NCBI GenBank assembly: GCA_965263195.1
Contig: OZ253664.1
Coordinates: 2,037,045-2,101,044 of the forward strand
DNA: 64,000 nucleotides
Direction: 5' to 3'
Source: Vicinamibacterales bacterium
GTDB lineage: Bacteria > Acidobacteriota > Vicinamibacteria > Vicinamibacterales > UBA8438
Both the position numbers and the translations under genes were made by a program. Below the pieces are notes generated by a model that was not told where the DNA came from, did not search any database, and saw only the letters and a program-made list of their open reading frames with translations. The stretch's first letter is position 1, and the number at the start of each line of letters is the position of its first letter. Shown one piece after another: positions 20,130 through 28,881 of the stretch.

Positions 20130-21299
20130 TCACGACATCTTCTGCCCGCTCAAGGACTTACGCTGACTTTGCCGCTGAAACTTCGGCTTAGGGCCGGTGA
20201 GAGCCGGTGGCACGCGACGAGTCCAGCGCATCCGGTGGCCGTCACGGTCCACGAGTGGGTCGATGCCAAAACTTCTTTGCAGCGACGTGGCCCACCGCAG
20301 TCGCCTCGGTTTTTCCAGCCGTTCCTGCCCAAGAAGTGCGAACACGGCATCGTGTGTCTGGCACTTCACGCGTGGCGCGAGGAGACCGAAATACCGGATG
20401 GCGTGGCGGTAGCGGTCAGGCACGTGATCGGCGAGCGTGGCCAAGAACTCGGCCGGGCTGTACGTCGTCTCGACGGTGCGTTTGGTGCGCGTGTCCTTCG
20501 TCACAAATCGGATTTCTTGACGGGTGATCGTCCGGAACCGGTGCTGCGCGATGGGCGGCCGGCGGGCGTAACGGCCCGCATAGCCGAGGAACTGCTTCTT
20601 GCTTCGGAATCGCTTGACGTCGATGTTCCACCACCGTTCGTACTGGGTGGTGAGCAACCGCAGCAACGCGCTGCGAAACATGTCGGTATCAAGGACGCCG
20701 GCCCGCGCGGCCTCCCGCAGCAACGTGATGACGGCGTAGCGCCACATCGGCATTAGCGCCTTCCGGTCCAGCCGGGCTCGGGCACACCATTTCGTGCCGT
20801 CCTCGCGGAGACCGCCCTCGGACACGAGGATGTGCAGGTGGCAGTTGAAGTTCAGGTGCCGGCCGAAGGTGTGCGGGATGACCACGATCATCAGCCGGAT
20901 GCCGTACTTCTGTCGTGCCCATTGCTGCAGCACCTGCGCACCCAAGACGGGAAGATCGTGCAGGAGATGGCGGTTCCGCTGGAACAGCGGCCACAGCACA
21001 TCCGGCATGGTGAGGCAGACGTGGGCGTACGGGACGTCGGGCAGCTCTCGCCACTGGTCGCGCTGCCACGCTCGGGTCGCCTGATACCCGCAACTGGGAC
21101 AGGCCCGTGATTTACAGGTGTGATACACGACACGCTCTTCGGTGTTAGACGCGAAGATCTCCGCGCCGAGGGCCTCGGTGCCGCAGTCGACCACCTTGGC
21201 AAACGCCTCCCACACCGCGGGACGAGTGTCGTCACGGTCCCACTCGTCCCGATGCATAGCGAGGACGTCTCTGAGCGGTCGAGCGCGAGCCGGGGTCAT
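20130..21299 (-). CDS. IS91-family HUH/Y2 rolling-circle transposase-like protein
   Basis: ATG at 21299 overlaps the ParB-like stop (ATGA). Zinc-binding YHTCKSRACPSCG, HUH motif NCHLHILV and Y2 region LGYAGRYARRPPIAQHRF. Confidence 0.8.
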   Translation of the reverse strand: MTPARARPLRDVLAMHRDEWDRDDTRPAVWEAFAKVVDCGTEALGAEIFASNTEERVVYHTCKSRACPSCGYQATRAWQRDQWRELPDVPYAHVCLTMPDVLWPLFQRNRHLLHDLPVLGAQVLQQWARQKYGIRLMIVVIPHTFGRHLNFNCHLHILVSEGGLREDGTKWCARARLDRKALMPMWRYAVITLLREAARAGVLDTDMFRSALLRLLTTQYERWWNIDVKRFRSKKQFLGYAGRYARRPPIAQHRFRTITRQEIRFVTKDTRTKRTVETTYSPAEFLATLADHVPDRYRHAIRYFGLLAPRVKCQTHDAVFALLGQERLEKPRRLRWATSLQRSFGIDPLVDRDGHRMRWTRRVPPALTGPKPKFQRQSQRKSLSGQKMS

Positions 21300-22243
21300 C
21301 GGGTGTGCTTCTCCTGCAGCTCCTCGTAGCACATCTGCGTCACCACCACGGCTCGCCCTGGAACGTCCACGACCGCCACGGTGATGTCAGCCGGGTCGTA
21401 CATCGGGAGTCCACCGAGGACGGTGACGGCCACGCCGTCGGGTTGAGCCGGAGCACCGGTGTCAGCGTGCGCCCTGATCAATCGGCCGACCGTCTTCTTG
21501 ATGCCCCCCTGGTGCAAATGTGTCCAGAGCGCATCACGCTGCCCCTTGGGGTTCAGCGTGCGCCACTGCGAGGCCCGATGGATGCTGACCTCCCCCCGTA
21601 GGAGTCGCTCCCGCACCTCCGGAATCACGGTGGCCAGGAGCTGCTTGACCTTGGTCACGTTGCCGGTCGAGACGCCCGCCTCCGCGGCGATGTCCTTCCG
21701 CACGTCGCGGTGCTCGTGGTTCGTCAACTTTGACGAGGCCCGCGTGTCGCCAGTCGACAGTGCCGGTCGACGCCGTTCCCTGAGGTACGACTCCAGGCCC
21801 AGGGCCAACACGATCCGGCCGTAATCGTTCAGCCCCTGGCAGCGCCGGTGCCGTTGGATGACAACCTGGAGCGCCTCCTCGTCGGTCACGTCGTACTCGA
21901 AGCAGGGAAGCGTCGGCTGCTGGCGTTCGATCGCCACATGCCACCGCGCGTGTCCGTCGAGAATCGTGCCATCCGTGGTCGTCAATAACGGCTCGCGGAT
22001 CGACCCTGGCTGCTGCGCCACTCGTCGAACTCGTGCCGCGGCGATTGGAGCACACAGGTCGTGATAGGCCGGATGTGGCCGCAACGCCGCGGTGGGGCGA
22101 TACACCAATCGATCCCGATGCGGACCATCCTGGCTCTCGTGTGCGTTGGGAATGGCGTCCAGTCGGGTGCCACCGCCGCTCAGGTGCGCATCGCCCGGTA
22201 GGTCGGAGGAATCGCCAGGACCGGGCGTAGAGCGCGTAGTCAT
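21296..22243 (-). CDS. ParB/sulfiredoxin-like nuclease-domain protein
   Basis: ATG at 22243 overlaps the AlpA stop (ATGA). ..LRPHPAY..REPLLTTTDGTILDGHARWHVAIE.. is ParB N-terminal-domain-like; an HTH-like C-terminal part follows. Confidence 0.7.
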   Translation of the reverse strand: MTTRSTPGPGDSSDLPGDAHLSGGGTRLDAIPNAHESQDGPHRDRLVYRPTAALRPHPAYHDLCAPIAAARVRRVAQQPGSIREPLLTTTDGTILDGHARWHVAIERQQPTLPCFEYDVTDEEALQVVIQRHRRCQGLNDYGRIVLALGLESYLRERRRPALSTGDTRASSKLTNHEHRDVRKDIAAEAGVSTGNVTKVKQLLATVIPEVRERLLRGEVSIHRASQWRTLNPKGQRDALWTHLHQGGIKKTVGRLIRAHADTGAPAQPDGVAVTVLGGLPMYDPADITVAVVDVPGRAVVVTQMCYEELQEKHTR

Positions 22244-22458
22244 GGCTGTAGTTGCCGCTCCGCGGGAGCGATCTTCCGGCTCTTCTCGACTTGCGCGGTC
22301 AGCCAGGCGTTCACTTCGGCTTCGAGCCAGCCGACCGCTCGTCCGCCCAAGGAAACGGGGGCGGGAAACGCGCCTTGGGAGACTCGGAGATAGATCGTGC
22401 TTCGGGACAGCCCAGTGCGGGTCTTGACGGCCGGAAGTCTCAGTATCGTGTGCGGCAT
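22240..22458 (-). CDS. alpA: AlpA-family phage/island regulatory protein (excisionase-like HTH)
   Basis: ATG at 22458. MPHTILRLPAVKTRTGLSRSTIYLRVSQGAFPAPVSLGGRAVGWLEAEVNAWL. Confidence 0.8.
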   Translation of the reverse strand: MPHTILRLPAVKTRTGLSRSTIYLRVSQGAFPAPVSLGGRAVGWLEAEVNAWLTAQVEKSRKIAPAERQLQP

Positions 22459-23034
22459 CTTCACACCTCTCGCAGTGAAAACGGACTCAACGAGATCACG
22501 ATAGCTGAGCGATTTGGGCGATGAAATAGGGGACCCGCGGCGCCGCGTGGGCAGAAACGCACACGAATCCGGACCCTGGCGGGAGGCGGACATCCCAACC
22601 AATGTGACCCGTTCGGTCGAGGGCGGCGCAGAACCCTTATGGAATCAAAGGGATAGAGAGGCGTGGTTGGGCGAAAAAATTCCGCCCAACTTTTTACGTC
22701 GTGAGGTGTTTCCGGATGGTGGCCGCACTCCGACCAGCCGCGATGTTCTTCTTGGCAATCTGCTCGGCGTACCACCCTTTGGACATGTTCGGACGACGTT
22801 TCCGCATACCGCGGTGGGCTTTCCGCCAGCGTTCGTGGAGTGCCTGCGTGTCGAGCTTGCGCGCCTCACGCCGCGTCGTGCTCGGCGTGTAGTGCGGATC
22901 GGCGGTCGTCGCCGAATCGACCAATCGCCGAATGGCGTCGATGTCCAGGGCGTAGGCGCCGTGACCGAAGTCGACCAGATCTGGAGTAATGACGAGCCAT
23001 CAGTGCCACCTGCACCGGTCGTGCTCGAACGCTT

Positions 23035-24267
23035 CTACGCGCGCCTGAACAGCGGAATCACCTGGGCGTCGCCCTTGAGCGCATCCAGATAGTCGGCCCA
23101 CGCCTGCATCATCTTGCGTCGTTCAGGGAGATGCTCCGCGAAGTTGTAAGCGGCGCTGACGGCGTTGCGCTCAGCGTGGGCGAGCTGGCGTTCGATGACC
23201 TGATGGTTCCAGCCGCGCTCGTGCAGGAGGGTTGACGCCATGCTGCGAAAGCCGTGGCCGGTCATTTCGTCTTTCGTGTAGCCCATCCGACGCAGCGCTG
23301 CAAGCACGGCGTTCTCGCTCATCGGTCGTGCCGCTGACCGTGCGCTGGGGAAGACGAAGCTGGGCGCGTCGGGCTTGAGGGACAACACGCGGTTCGTCAG
23401 CGGCTCAAGCTCGCGCAGAATGTCAACGGATTGTCGGGAGAGCGGCACAATGTGCGGCTCTCGCATCTTCATGCGATGGGCGGGAATGCGCCATTCGGCC
23501 TCGTGGAGGTCGATTTCTGGCCACTGCGCCCAGCGCAGCTCGCCGGGGCGCACGAACACCAGCGGGGCCAGCCGCAAGGCGCACTTCGTCACGAAGAACC
23601 CTGCGTAGGTGTCGATCGCACGAAGCAGCTCACCAATGCGTTTCGGTTCGATGATAGAGGCGTGATGTCGCTCCTTGGTCGGAGGTAGGGCGCCGCGAAT
23701 ATCGGCGATCGGATCGCGCTCTGCCCGGCCTGTGGCAATGGCGTACCGGAAGACTTGTCCGCAGTTCTGCATGGCGCGGTGGGCGGTCTCCACTGCACCG
23801 CGGTTCTCTATCCGGCGCAGCACCGAGAGCACTTCCGGCGCCCTGATGTCGGCGACCGGGCGCTCGCCAAGCCAGGGAAACAGGTCGTGCTCAAACCGAC
23901 GCAAGATGCGATCGCCGTGGCTTGCGACCCACCCTGGCGAGAACTTCGCGTGCCACTCCCGAGCGATGGCCTCGAAGCTGTCTGCTCCCGCGACCGCGAG
24001 CTTCTGCGCTTTGCGGGCCTGCCCAGGATCGATACCGGCGGCAAGCTGCTGGCGAACCGCATCACGTCTCTCACGGGCCGATTTCAGACTAACATCCGGG
24101 TAGACCCCGAGCGAGATCCGCTTTTCCTTGCCGCCGAACCGGTATTTCCAGCGCCACCACTTTCCGCCGGCGGGGCTGACCTCCAGGTAGAGACCGCCGC
24201 CGTCGAACAGCTTGCGTGTCCTGGCCCGCGGCTTGACAGTGCTGACCGCGATGTTCGTCAGTGGCAT
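23035..24267 (-). CDS. int: P4-like tyrosine integrase (DUF4102-type N-terminus)
   Basis: ATG at 24267. MPLTNIAVSTVKP..GGGLYLEVSPAGGKWWRWKYRFGGKEKRISLGVYPDVSL N-terminal arm-binding domain, catalytic HGFRSMASTLL and ..LAHAERNAVSAAYN (Tyr). Confidence 0.9.
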   Translation of the reverse strand: MPLTNIAVSTVKPRARTRKLFDGGGLYLEVSPAGGKWWRWKYRFGGKEKRISLGVYPDVSLKSARERRDAVRQQLAAGIDPGQARKAQKLAVAGADSFEAIAREWHAKFSPGWVASHGDRILRRFEHDLFPWLGERPVADIRAPEVLSVLRRIENRGAVETAHRAMQNCGQVFRYAIATGRAERDPIADIRGALPPTKERHHASIIEPKRIGELLRAIDTYAGFFVTKCALRLAPLVFVRPGELRWAQWPEIDLHEAEWRIPAHRMKMREPHIVPLSRQSVDILRELEPLTNRVLSLKPDAPSFVFPSARSAARPMSENAVLAALRRMGYTKDEMTGHGFRSMASTLLHERGWNHQVIERQLAHAERNAVSAAYNFAEHLPERRKMMQAWADYLDALKGDAQVIPLFRRA

Positions 24268-24269
24268 GA

Positions 24270-24330
24270 GGGGGCAACTCCTGTTCGACGTTCCCCTGTT
24301 GCCCCCAGAGTTGCCCCACATTGGGGGCAG
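24270..24330. repeat. cluster of GTTGCCCC(C)A motifs at the integrase 5' end (candidate arm-type/att-proximal sites)
   Basis: GGGGGCAACT (24270-24279, inverted), TGTTGCCCCCA (24297-24307), AGTTGCCCCA (24309-24318) and TGGGGGCAG (24322-24330, inverted, degenerate). A TAAGACAC/GTGTCTTA hairpin follows at 24374-24399. Confidence 0.5.
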
Positions 24331-24410
24331 ATCTCCCCGGAAGAAACTGGACTCTATCGGACAGTATATCAGGTGTAAGACACCTATTTACAGTGTCTTA
24401 TCTGTCTTTC

Positions 24411-24671
24411 TGGGCTCAGGTGGAACGTGTTGGTGGTGGAGGCGACGGGAACCGCATCGCGGTGCGCTTCGCCTACGAGTATCACGACGACAGCGGCAAC
24501 TGGTTCCGCGCCTACGGCAACGAGAACTGGGAATTCGACGACAACGGCTTGATGCGCCGGCGGATTGCCAGCATCAACGACCTCCCGATAGCCGCACGCG
24601 AGCGCCGCTACCGGTGGCCCCTGGGCCGCCGGCCCGACAACCATCCCGGCCTGAGCGAACTCGGCCTGTGA
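24411..24671 (+). pseudogene. DUF1348 family protein, C-terminal half
   Basis: ..[73 protein letters not shown]-stop. Same strand as the N-terminal half at 12577. It has no start codon of its own in a sensible position. Confidence 0.8.
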
Positions 24672-24756
24672 GGCGCCGCGATTCCTTTGACGGCACGGCT
24701 CGGCGCAGGAGTCAAGGCGGGAGCATCAAGCCGCGAACCGTGAGACGATAAAGGCG

Positions 24757-26106
24757 ATGCGTCGCCCCGTTGCGTTGCTCGCCGCCATCACGGTTGCCAT
24801 TGCTATCGCCGTGCCGCTGGCCGCGAACGACTGGCCGGAGTGGCGCGGCACCGGCCGCCTGGGCGTCTGGACGGACACCGGCATCGTCGAGGAGTTCCCC
24901 GCCGGCGGACTGACAGCCACTTGGCGTGTGCCGGTCGGCGGCGGCTACGCGGGTCCGGCGGTGGCGGACGGCCGCGTGTTCGTGACCGACGCGCTGCGCG
25001 CGGACCCCCGCAGCACCGCGGTGGTCGAGCGGCTGCTCGCGCTGGACGAGGCGACCGGCAGCGTGCTGTGGGAGCACGAATGGGACACCAACTACGCGGG
25101 GCTGCAGCTCATCTACGCGACCGGCCCGCGCGCCACGCCGACCGTGGACGGCAACCGCGTCTACGCGGTCGGCGCCATGGGCAACCTGCTGGCGCTCGAC
25201 GTGGCGGACGGCAGCGTGCTGTGGCAGAAGGACTACGTTCGCGACTTCAACGCCGCCATTCCGTCGTGGGGCATCACCGGCGCGCCGCTCGTGGACGGCG
25301 ACCGACTCATCTGTCTCGTGGGCGGCGAGCCGGACGCCAAGGTCGTCGCCTTCGACAAGCTGACCGGCGAGGTGCTCTGGCAGGCGCTCTCGTCCGACTG
25401 GGAGCCGGGCTATACGGCGCCAATCATGATCGAGGCCGCCGGCCTGCCACAGCTCATCGTCTGGCACCCCCGGGCGATCAGCTCGCTCGACCCGGAAACC
25501 GGCAGCGTCTACTGGGAAGTCCCCCACATCGTCGACATGGGCTTGACCATCCCGACCGCCGTGCGCAGCGGTCCGTACCTCTTCGTGACCTCGCAGTACG
25601 GCGGCGCCCGCATGCTGCGGCTGGCCGAGTCGCATCCGGACGCCACCCTGGCCTGGGAAGGCGTCGGCGAGAGCGACCCGGAGTACGGACGGGTCTTCGA
25701 CACGCTCGACTCCGTGATCAGCACGCCGGTGATCCAGGGCGACTACCTGTACGGGGTCGACGGGGAGGGCGTCCTGCGCTGCCTGGAGCTGCGGACGGGC
25801 CGGCGCATCTGGGAGACCGAAGCGCTTATCGGCGGCCGCACACACCAGGGCACGGCATTCTTCGTCCGGCACGGGGATCGCTACTTCATCAATACCGACG
25901 CCGGCGATCTCGTGATCGCGCGGCTCTCGCCGGCAGGCTACGACGAGATCAGCCGCACGCACCTGATCGATCCGACCAGTCCTGTCACGCGCCGCCGTCC
26001 CCAGGGTCCGGTCGTGCACTGGTCGCACCCGGCGTACGCGAACCGCCACATCGTCACACGCAACGATGAAGAGATCGTGCGTTTCTCCCTGGCCCGGACA
26101 CCGTAG
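24757..26106 (+). CDS. PQQ-like beta-propeller repeat protein (secreted)
   Basis: Signal peptide, then NDWPEWRGTGRLGVW.. and repeated ..DGRVFV/..GNRVYA/..GDRLIC blades. Confidence 0.8.
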   Translation: MRRPVALLAAITVAIAIAVPLAANDWPEWRGTGRLGVWTDTGIVEEFPAGGLTATWRVPVGGGYAGPAVADGRVFVTDALRADPRSTAVVERLLALDEATGSVLWEHEWDTNYAGLQLIYATGPRATPTVDGNRVYAVGAMGNLLALDVADGSVLWQKDYVRDFNAAIPSWGITGAPLVDGDRLICLVGGEPDAKVVAFDKLTGEVLWQALSSDWEPGYTAPIMIEAAGLPQLIVWHPRAISSLDPETGSVYWEVPHIVDMGLTIPTAVRSGPYLFVTSQYGGARMLRLAESHPDATLAWEGVGESDPEYGRVFDTLDSVISTPVIQGDYLYGVDGEGVLRCLELRTGRRIWETEALIGGRTHQGTAFFVRHGDRYFINTDAGDLVIARLSPAGYDEISRTHLIDPTSPVTRRRPQGPVVHWSHPAYANRHIVTRNDEEIVRFSLARTP

Positions 26107-27799
26107 CGGTCCGGCTCCGGACCGGCGGCCGGTGCGCGCTGCGCCGCGGCCGGTCGCATGGCCAAGAGCTGCGCTGGCGGCCGTCGCCGCGCTGGCTTGC
26201 ACGATGCTGTACGGTGCGGCGGCAGGCAAGTCGCAGCAGGACAGCCCCGAGCCACGGCTGATTGCGGTCCTCGCCGACCTGCACATGGGGTACGGCCGCG
26301 ACGCCGCCGGCGCATGGCAGGCCGCCGAGGACTTCCGCTGGGCGGACGAGCTCGAGGGCTTTCTCGAGGCGCTCGATGCGGAGGGCGGAGGGGCCACCGA
26401 CCTCATCCTGAACGGCGACACCTTCGATCTCGCGGCGGCCGGCTGCGTCCACGACGATCCCGCGCTCGGGTGCACTGAGCCCGAGGCGCTGGACGTGCTC
26501 GAGCGCGTGCTGGCGGCACACTCGCGCGAGATCGAGGCGCTGGCCGCCTTTGCGCGCGCCGGCTCCAATCGCGTCGTCCTCGTGCCGGGCGACCACGACG
26601 CCGCCCTCCTCTTTCCGGCAGTCCGAGCCCGTGTCGAGGAAGTGCTCGGGCCGGACCGCGTGGCGGTCCCGGCCAACGGCGCCTGGGTATCGTCCGACGG
26701 ACAGGTGTACGTCGAGCACGGGCAGCAGATCGGCTGGCGGGCGGACCGCTTCGCCAACTGGCCGGAGCCGTTCGTCGAGCGCGCCGGCCGGCGCCATCTC
26801 GAGCGCCCGCGGGGCGCCCGCACCGCGGGCGCCCTGGTCCGGGAGCACGAGCAGCGCTATCCCGTAGCGGACCACTTCGCCGACGCCGGCGCCGGGCTGA
26901 CGCATGCCCTGGCCGCCGCAGGCGTCACGGAGCTTGGTGCGGCGGTGCCAGACCTGCTGCGCTACGTCCTATTCCGGATGCCGTGGCAGCAGTTCCGCGT
27001 CGATCTCGACATCGGCGACGTGCAGCCGCCCGCGTGGGACCTCGCGGCCGTGCGGGCGCAGGGGCCGTCGTTCCTCGTCGACTCGCTGCCCGACGACGAC
27101 CGCTTCAAGCCACTGGCGCAGCGCTCATTGGACACAGGCGGCCTCGAGACGCTGATGAGCGCTCTGAACGACGAGGAACTGACCGCCATCTGCGACTACC
27201 GGGCCGCCGTGCGCCGCGCGCGCCGCCGTTTCGAGCGTATCCTGACCCAAATCGATCCGCAGGGGCCTCCGGTGGCCGAGTGCCCGCGCCTTGCCGACAG
27301 CCGCGGCGGGCAGTTCGACTACTTCTGGCGCACGCGCGACCTGATCTACGGTCGACGGCTCGAGACCGTGCAGGCCGGCCTGCCTGCCGGTGGAGCGCTG
27401 ATCGCCGTCTTCGTTCACAACCACACGCACCTGGTCGACTGGCGGCAGCGCATCCTGCTGTCGACCAGTCAGGGCCGACCCGTCATCGTCGACGGCTTCT
27501 CGCCGGTACGCAACGCGCTCGCGCCGGTGGTGGTCAACGGCGGGGCGTGGCAGCGGACCATCACGCCGGTCCAGTTCGCGCGGCTGCAGGCGGCCAGCGG
27601 GCTCTCCGACGCGGAGCTCATGGGCGCGCTGCGTCCGGAGCACCTCGCGCCGTGCTACAGCTTCGTCCAGGTCGACCCCTACGAGGTGACGCCTGCCGCG
27701 CCGACGGTCCGCTACTGGCGCCGGGCGGAGAGCGGAACCTGGGAGCTGGCCGCCGAGTGCGGTCGCGAGCCCGAACTGCCGCCCTCGGGCGCCCGCTGA
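26066..27799 (+). CDS. metallophosphoesterase-domain protein with large C-terminal extension
   Basis: IAVLADLHMGYG.. and ..LILNGDTFDL.. (calcineurin-like motifs I/II). Start uncertain: the ATG at 26066 overlaps the upstream gene by 41 nt. Confidence 0.6.
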   Translation: MKRSCVSPWPGHRSGPAPDRRPVRAAPRPVAWPRAALAAVAALACTMLYGAAAGKSQQDSPEPRLIAVLADLHMGYGRDAAGAWQAAEDFRWADELEGFLEALDAEGGGATDLILNGDTFDLAAAGCVHDDPALGCTEPEALDVLERVLAAHSREIEALAAFARAGSNRVVLVPGDHDAALLFPAVRARVEEVLGPDRVAVPANGAWVSSDGQVYVEHGQQIGWRADRFANWPEPFVERAGRRHLERPRGARTAGALVREHEQRYPVADHFADAGAGLTHALAAAGVTELGAAVPDLLRYVLFRMPWQQFRVDLDIGDVQPPAWDLAAVRAQGPSFLVDSLPDDDRFKPLAQRSLDTGGLETLMSALNDEELTAICDYRAAVRRARRRFERILTQIDPQGPPVAECPRLADSRGGQFDYFWRTRDLIYGRRLETVQAGLPAGGALIAVFVHNHTHLVDWRQRILLSTSQGRPVIVDGFSPVRNALAPVVVNGGAWQRTITPVQFARLQAASGLSDAELMGALRPEHLAPCYSFVQVDPYEVTPAAPTVRYWRRAESGTWELAAECGREPELPPSGAR

Positions 27800-27811
27800 G
27801 CGAAGGCGCCG

Positions 27812-27828
27812 CGCCGCGGTGCGCGGCG
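27812..27828. terminator. short GC hairpin between convergent genes
   Basis: 7-bp stem (27812-27818 / 27822-27828) with a GTG loop; no T-tract. Confidence 0.2.
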
Positions 27829-27846
27829 GCGCGGCATGGAGCGTCC

Positions 27847-28740
27847 TCAGGACGCCTCCGGGGTTGCGTCGCCGGCGCCCAGCGCCTCCACCAGCGTGAT
27901 CAGCGCCGACAGATCTTCGCGGCCCCTGCCCTGCCCGTGGAGCCCGTTGATGTGCTGCATCGTGAGCGCGCCGGCCGGCAGCGCGACGCCCAGGTCGTGC
28001 GCCAGACTCATGACGATGTCGAGATCCTTGTGATACAGGCGGCTCTCGATACCGGCCGTGAAATCCCGCCGCACCATCCGGTCGCCGAAGAATTCCAGAA
28101 CGCGGCTCGACGCCATGCCCCCGAGCAGCGCTTCGCGAACCTGCGCAGGGTCGAGCCCCGCGCGCCGCGCCAGCACGAGCGCCTCCGCCACGCCCTGCGC
28201 CGTGACGAGCAGCAGGAGCTGGTTGCAAGCCTTGGTCGCCTGTCCGGCGCCGTGGCCTCCCATGTGGCGCACGGTCGTGCCGAGGCAGTCCAGGAGCGGA
28301 CGGACGCGCTCCAGGACGTCGGCGCGGCCGCCCGCCATGATCGTCAGCGTGGCGGCGCGCGCGCCGTGCGGGCCGCCCGACACCGGGGCGTCCAGCATGT
28401 CGACGCCGTGCTCTGCCAGTGCGGCCGCCAGCGCCCGCGTCGCCGCCGGGTCGATGGTGCTCATGTCGATGACTACCGTGCCTTGGCGTGCGCCGTGCAC
28501 GACGCCCTCCGGACCTAGCAGGATCGACCCGACGTCGGACGTGCCGGTCACCATCGTGAAAACCGCGTCGCAGCGGGCCGCCAGCTCGGCCGGGGTCGCC
28601 GCGGTTGCCGCGCCGCGCTCCACCAGCGGCTGGACAGAGGCCGATCGGCGCGCATATGCCGTCACCTCGTGGCCGCCGCGCAACAGGTTGAGCGCCATGG
28701 GGCGCCCCATCACGCCCAGACCGATGAAACCGACCTGCAT
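27847..28740 (-). CDS. NAD(P)-dependent oxidoreductase, 3-hydroxyisobutyrate/tartronate-semialdehyde reductase family
   Basis: ATG at 28740. MQVGFIGLGVMGRPMALNLL.., DAPVSGG, ..GAGQATKACNQ. Confidence 0.85.
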   Translation of the reverse strand: MQVGFIGLGVMGRPMALNLLRGGHEVTAYARRSASVQPLVERGAATAATPAELAARCDAVFTMVTGTSDVGSILLGPEGVVHGARQGTVVIDMSTIDPAATRALAAALAEHGVDMLDAPVSGGPHGARAATLTIMAGGRADVLERVRPLLDCLGTTVRHMGGHGAGQATKACNQLLLLVTAQGVAEALVLARRAGLDPAQVREALLGGMASSRVLEFFGDRMVRRDFTAGIESRLYHKDLDIVMSLAHDLGVALPAGALTMQHINGLHGQGRGREDLSALITLVEALGAGDATPEAS

Positions 28741-28881
28741 CGCTTCGTCCTCCAATCAAGCCGGCAACAAGCGCTGCCGTACCGCCGAGCGTAGCAGCAG
28801 GCCGCCGCGGAAACCGCTTGAGGCAGCCACCGGCACGGGGATACGATAACCGTACTGCCCACAAGCTCACGGAGGATGACA

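Larger units (their letters stand above)
12808..24410. mobile_element. ~11.6 kb integrative genomic island inserted inside the DUF1348 gene
   Basis: Bounded by the two halves of one DUF1348 ORF. A P4-like integrase sits at the right end, followed by the AlpA, ParB-like and HUH-Y2 genes, an IS1634 transposase, patchy AT-richer non-coding stretches and GTTGCCCC(C)A repeats near both ends. Exact junctions are not resolved (left 12808-12876, right 24331-24449). Confidence 0.75.

Noticed and set aside
22694-22924. 76-aa minus-strand ORF between alpA and int
   Set aside because: It has a TTG start, no SD and no recognisable motif. It could be a small island gene, but the support is too weak to report as a feature.
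24268-24321. 18-codon N-terminal extension of the integrase ORF ([18 protein letters not shown])
   Set aside because: It is encoded by the GTTGCCCC repeat cluster. Homologous P4-type integrases start at MPLT.., which corresponds to the ATG at 24267.
12834-24381. Related short sites GTAAGTCACTG (12834), ATAAGTCACTG (18251) and GTAAGACAC (24373), which might mark att-like junctions of a composite island
   Set aside because: There are only 9-11 matching bases, and they were found post hoc. That is insufficient to claim tandem islands or an att core.
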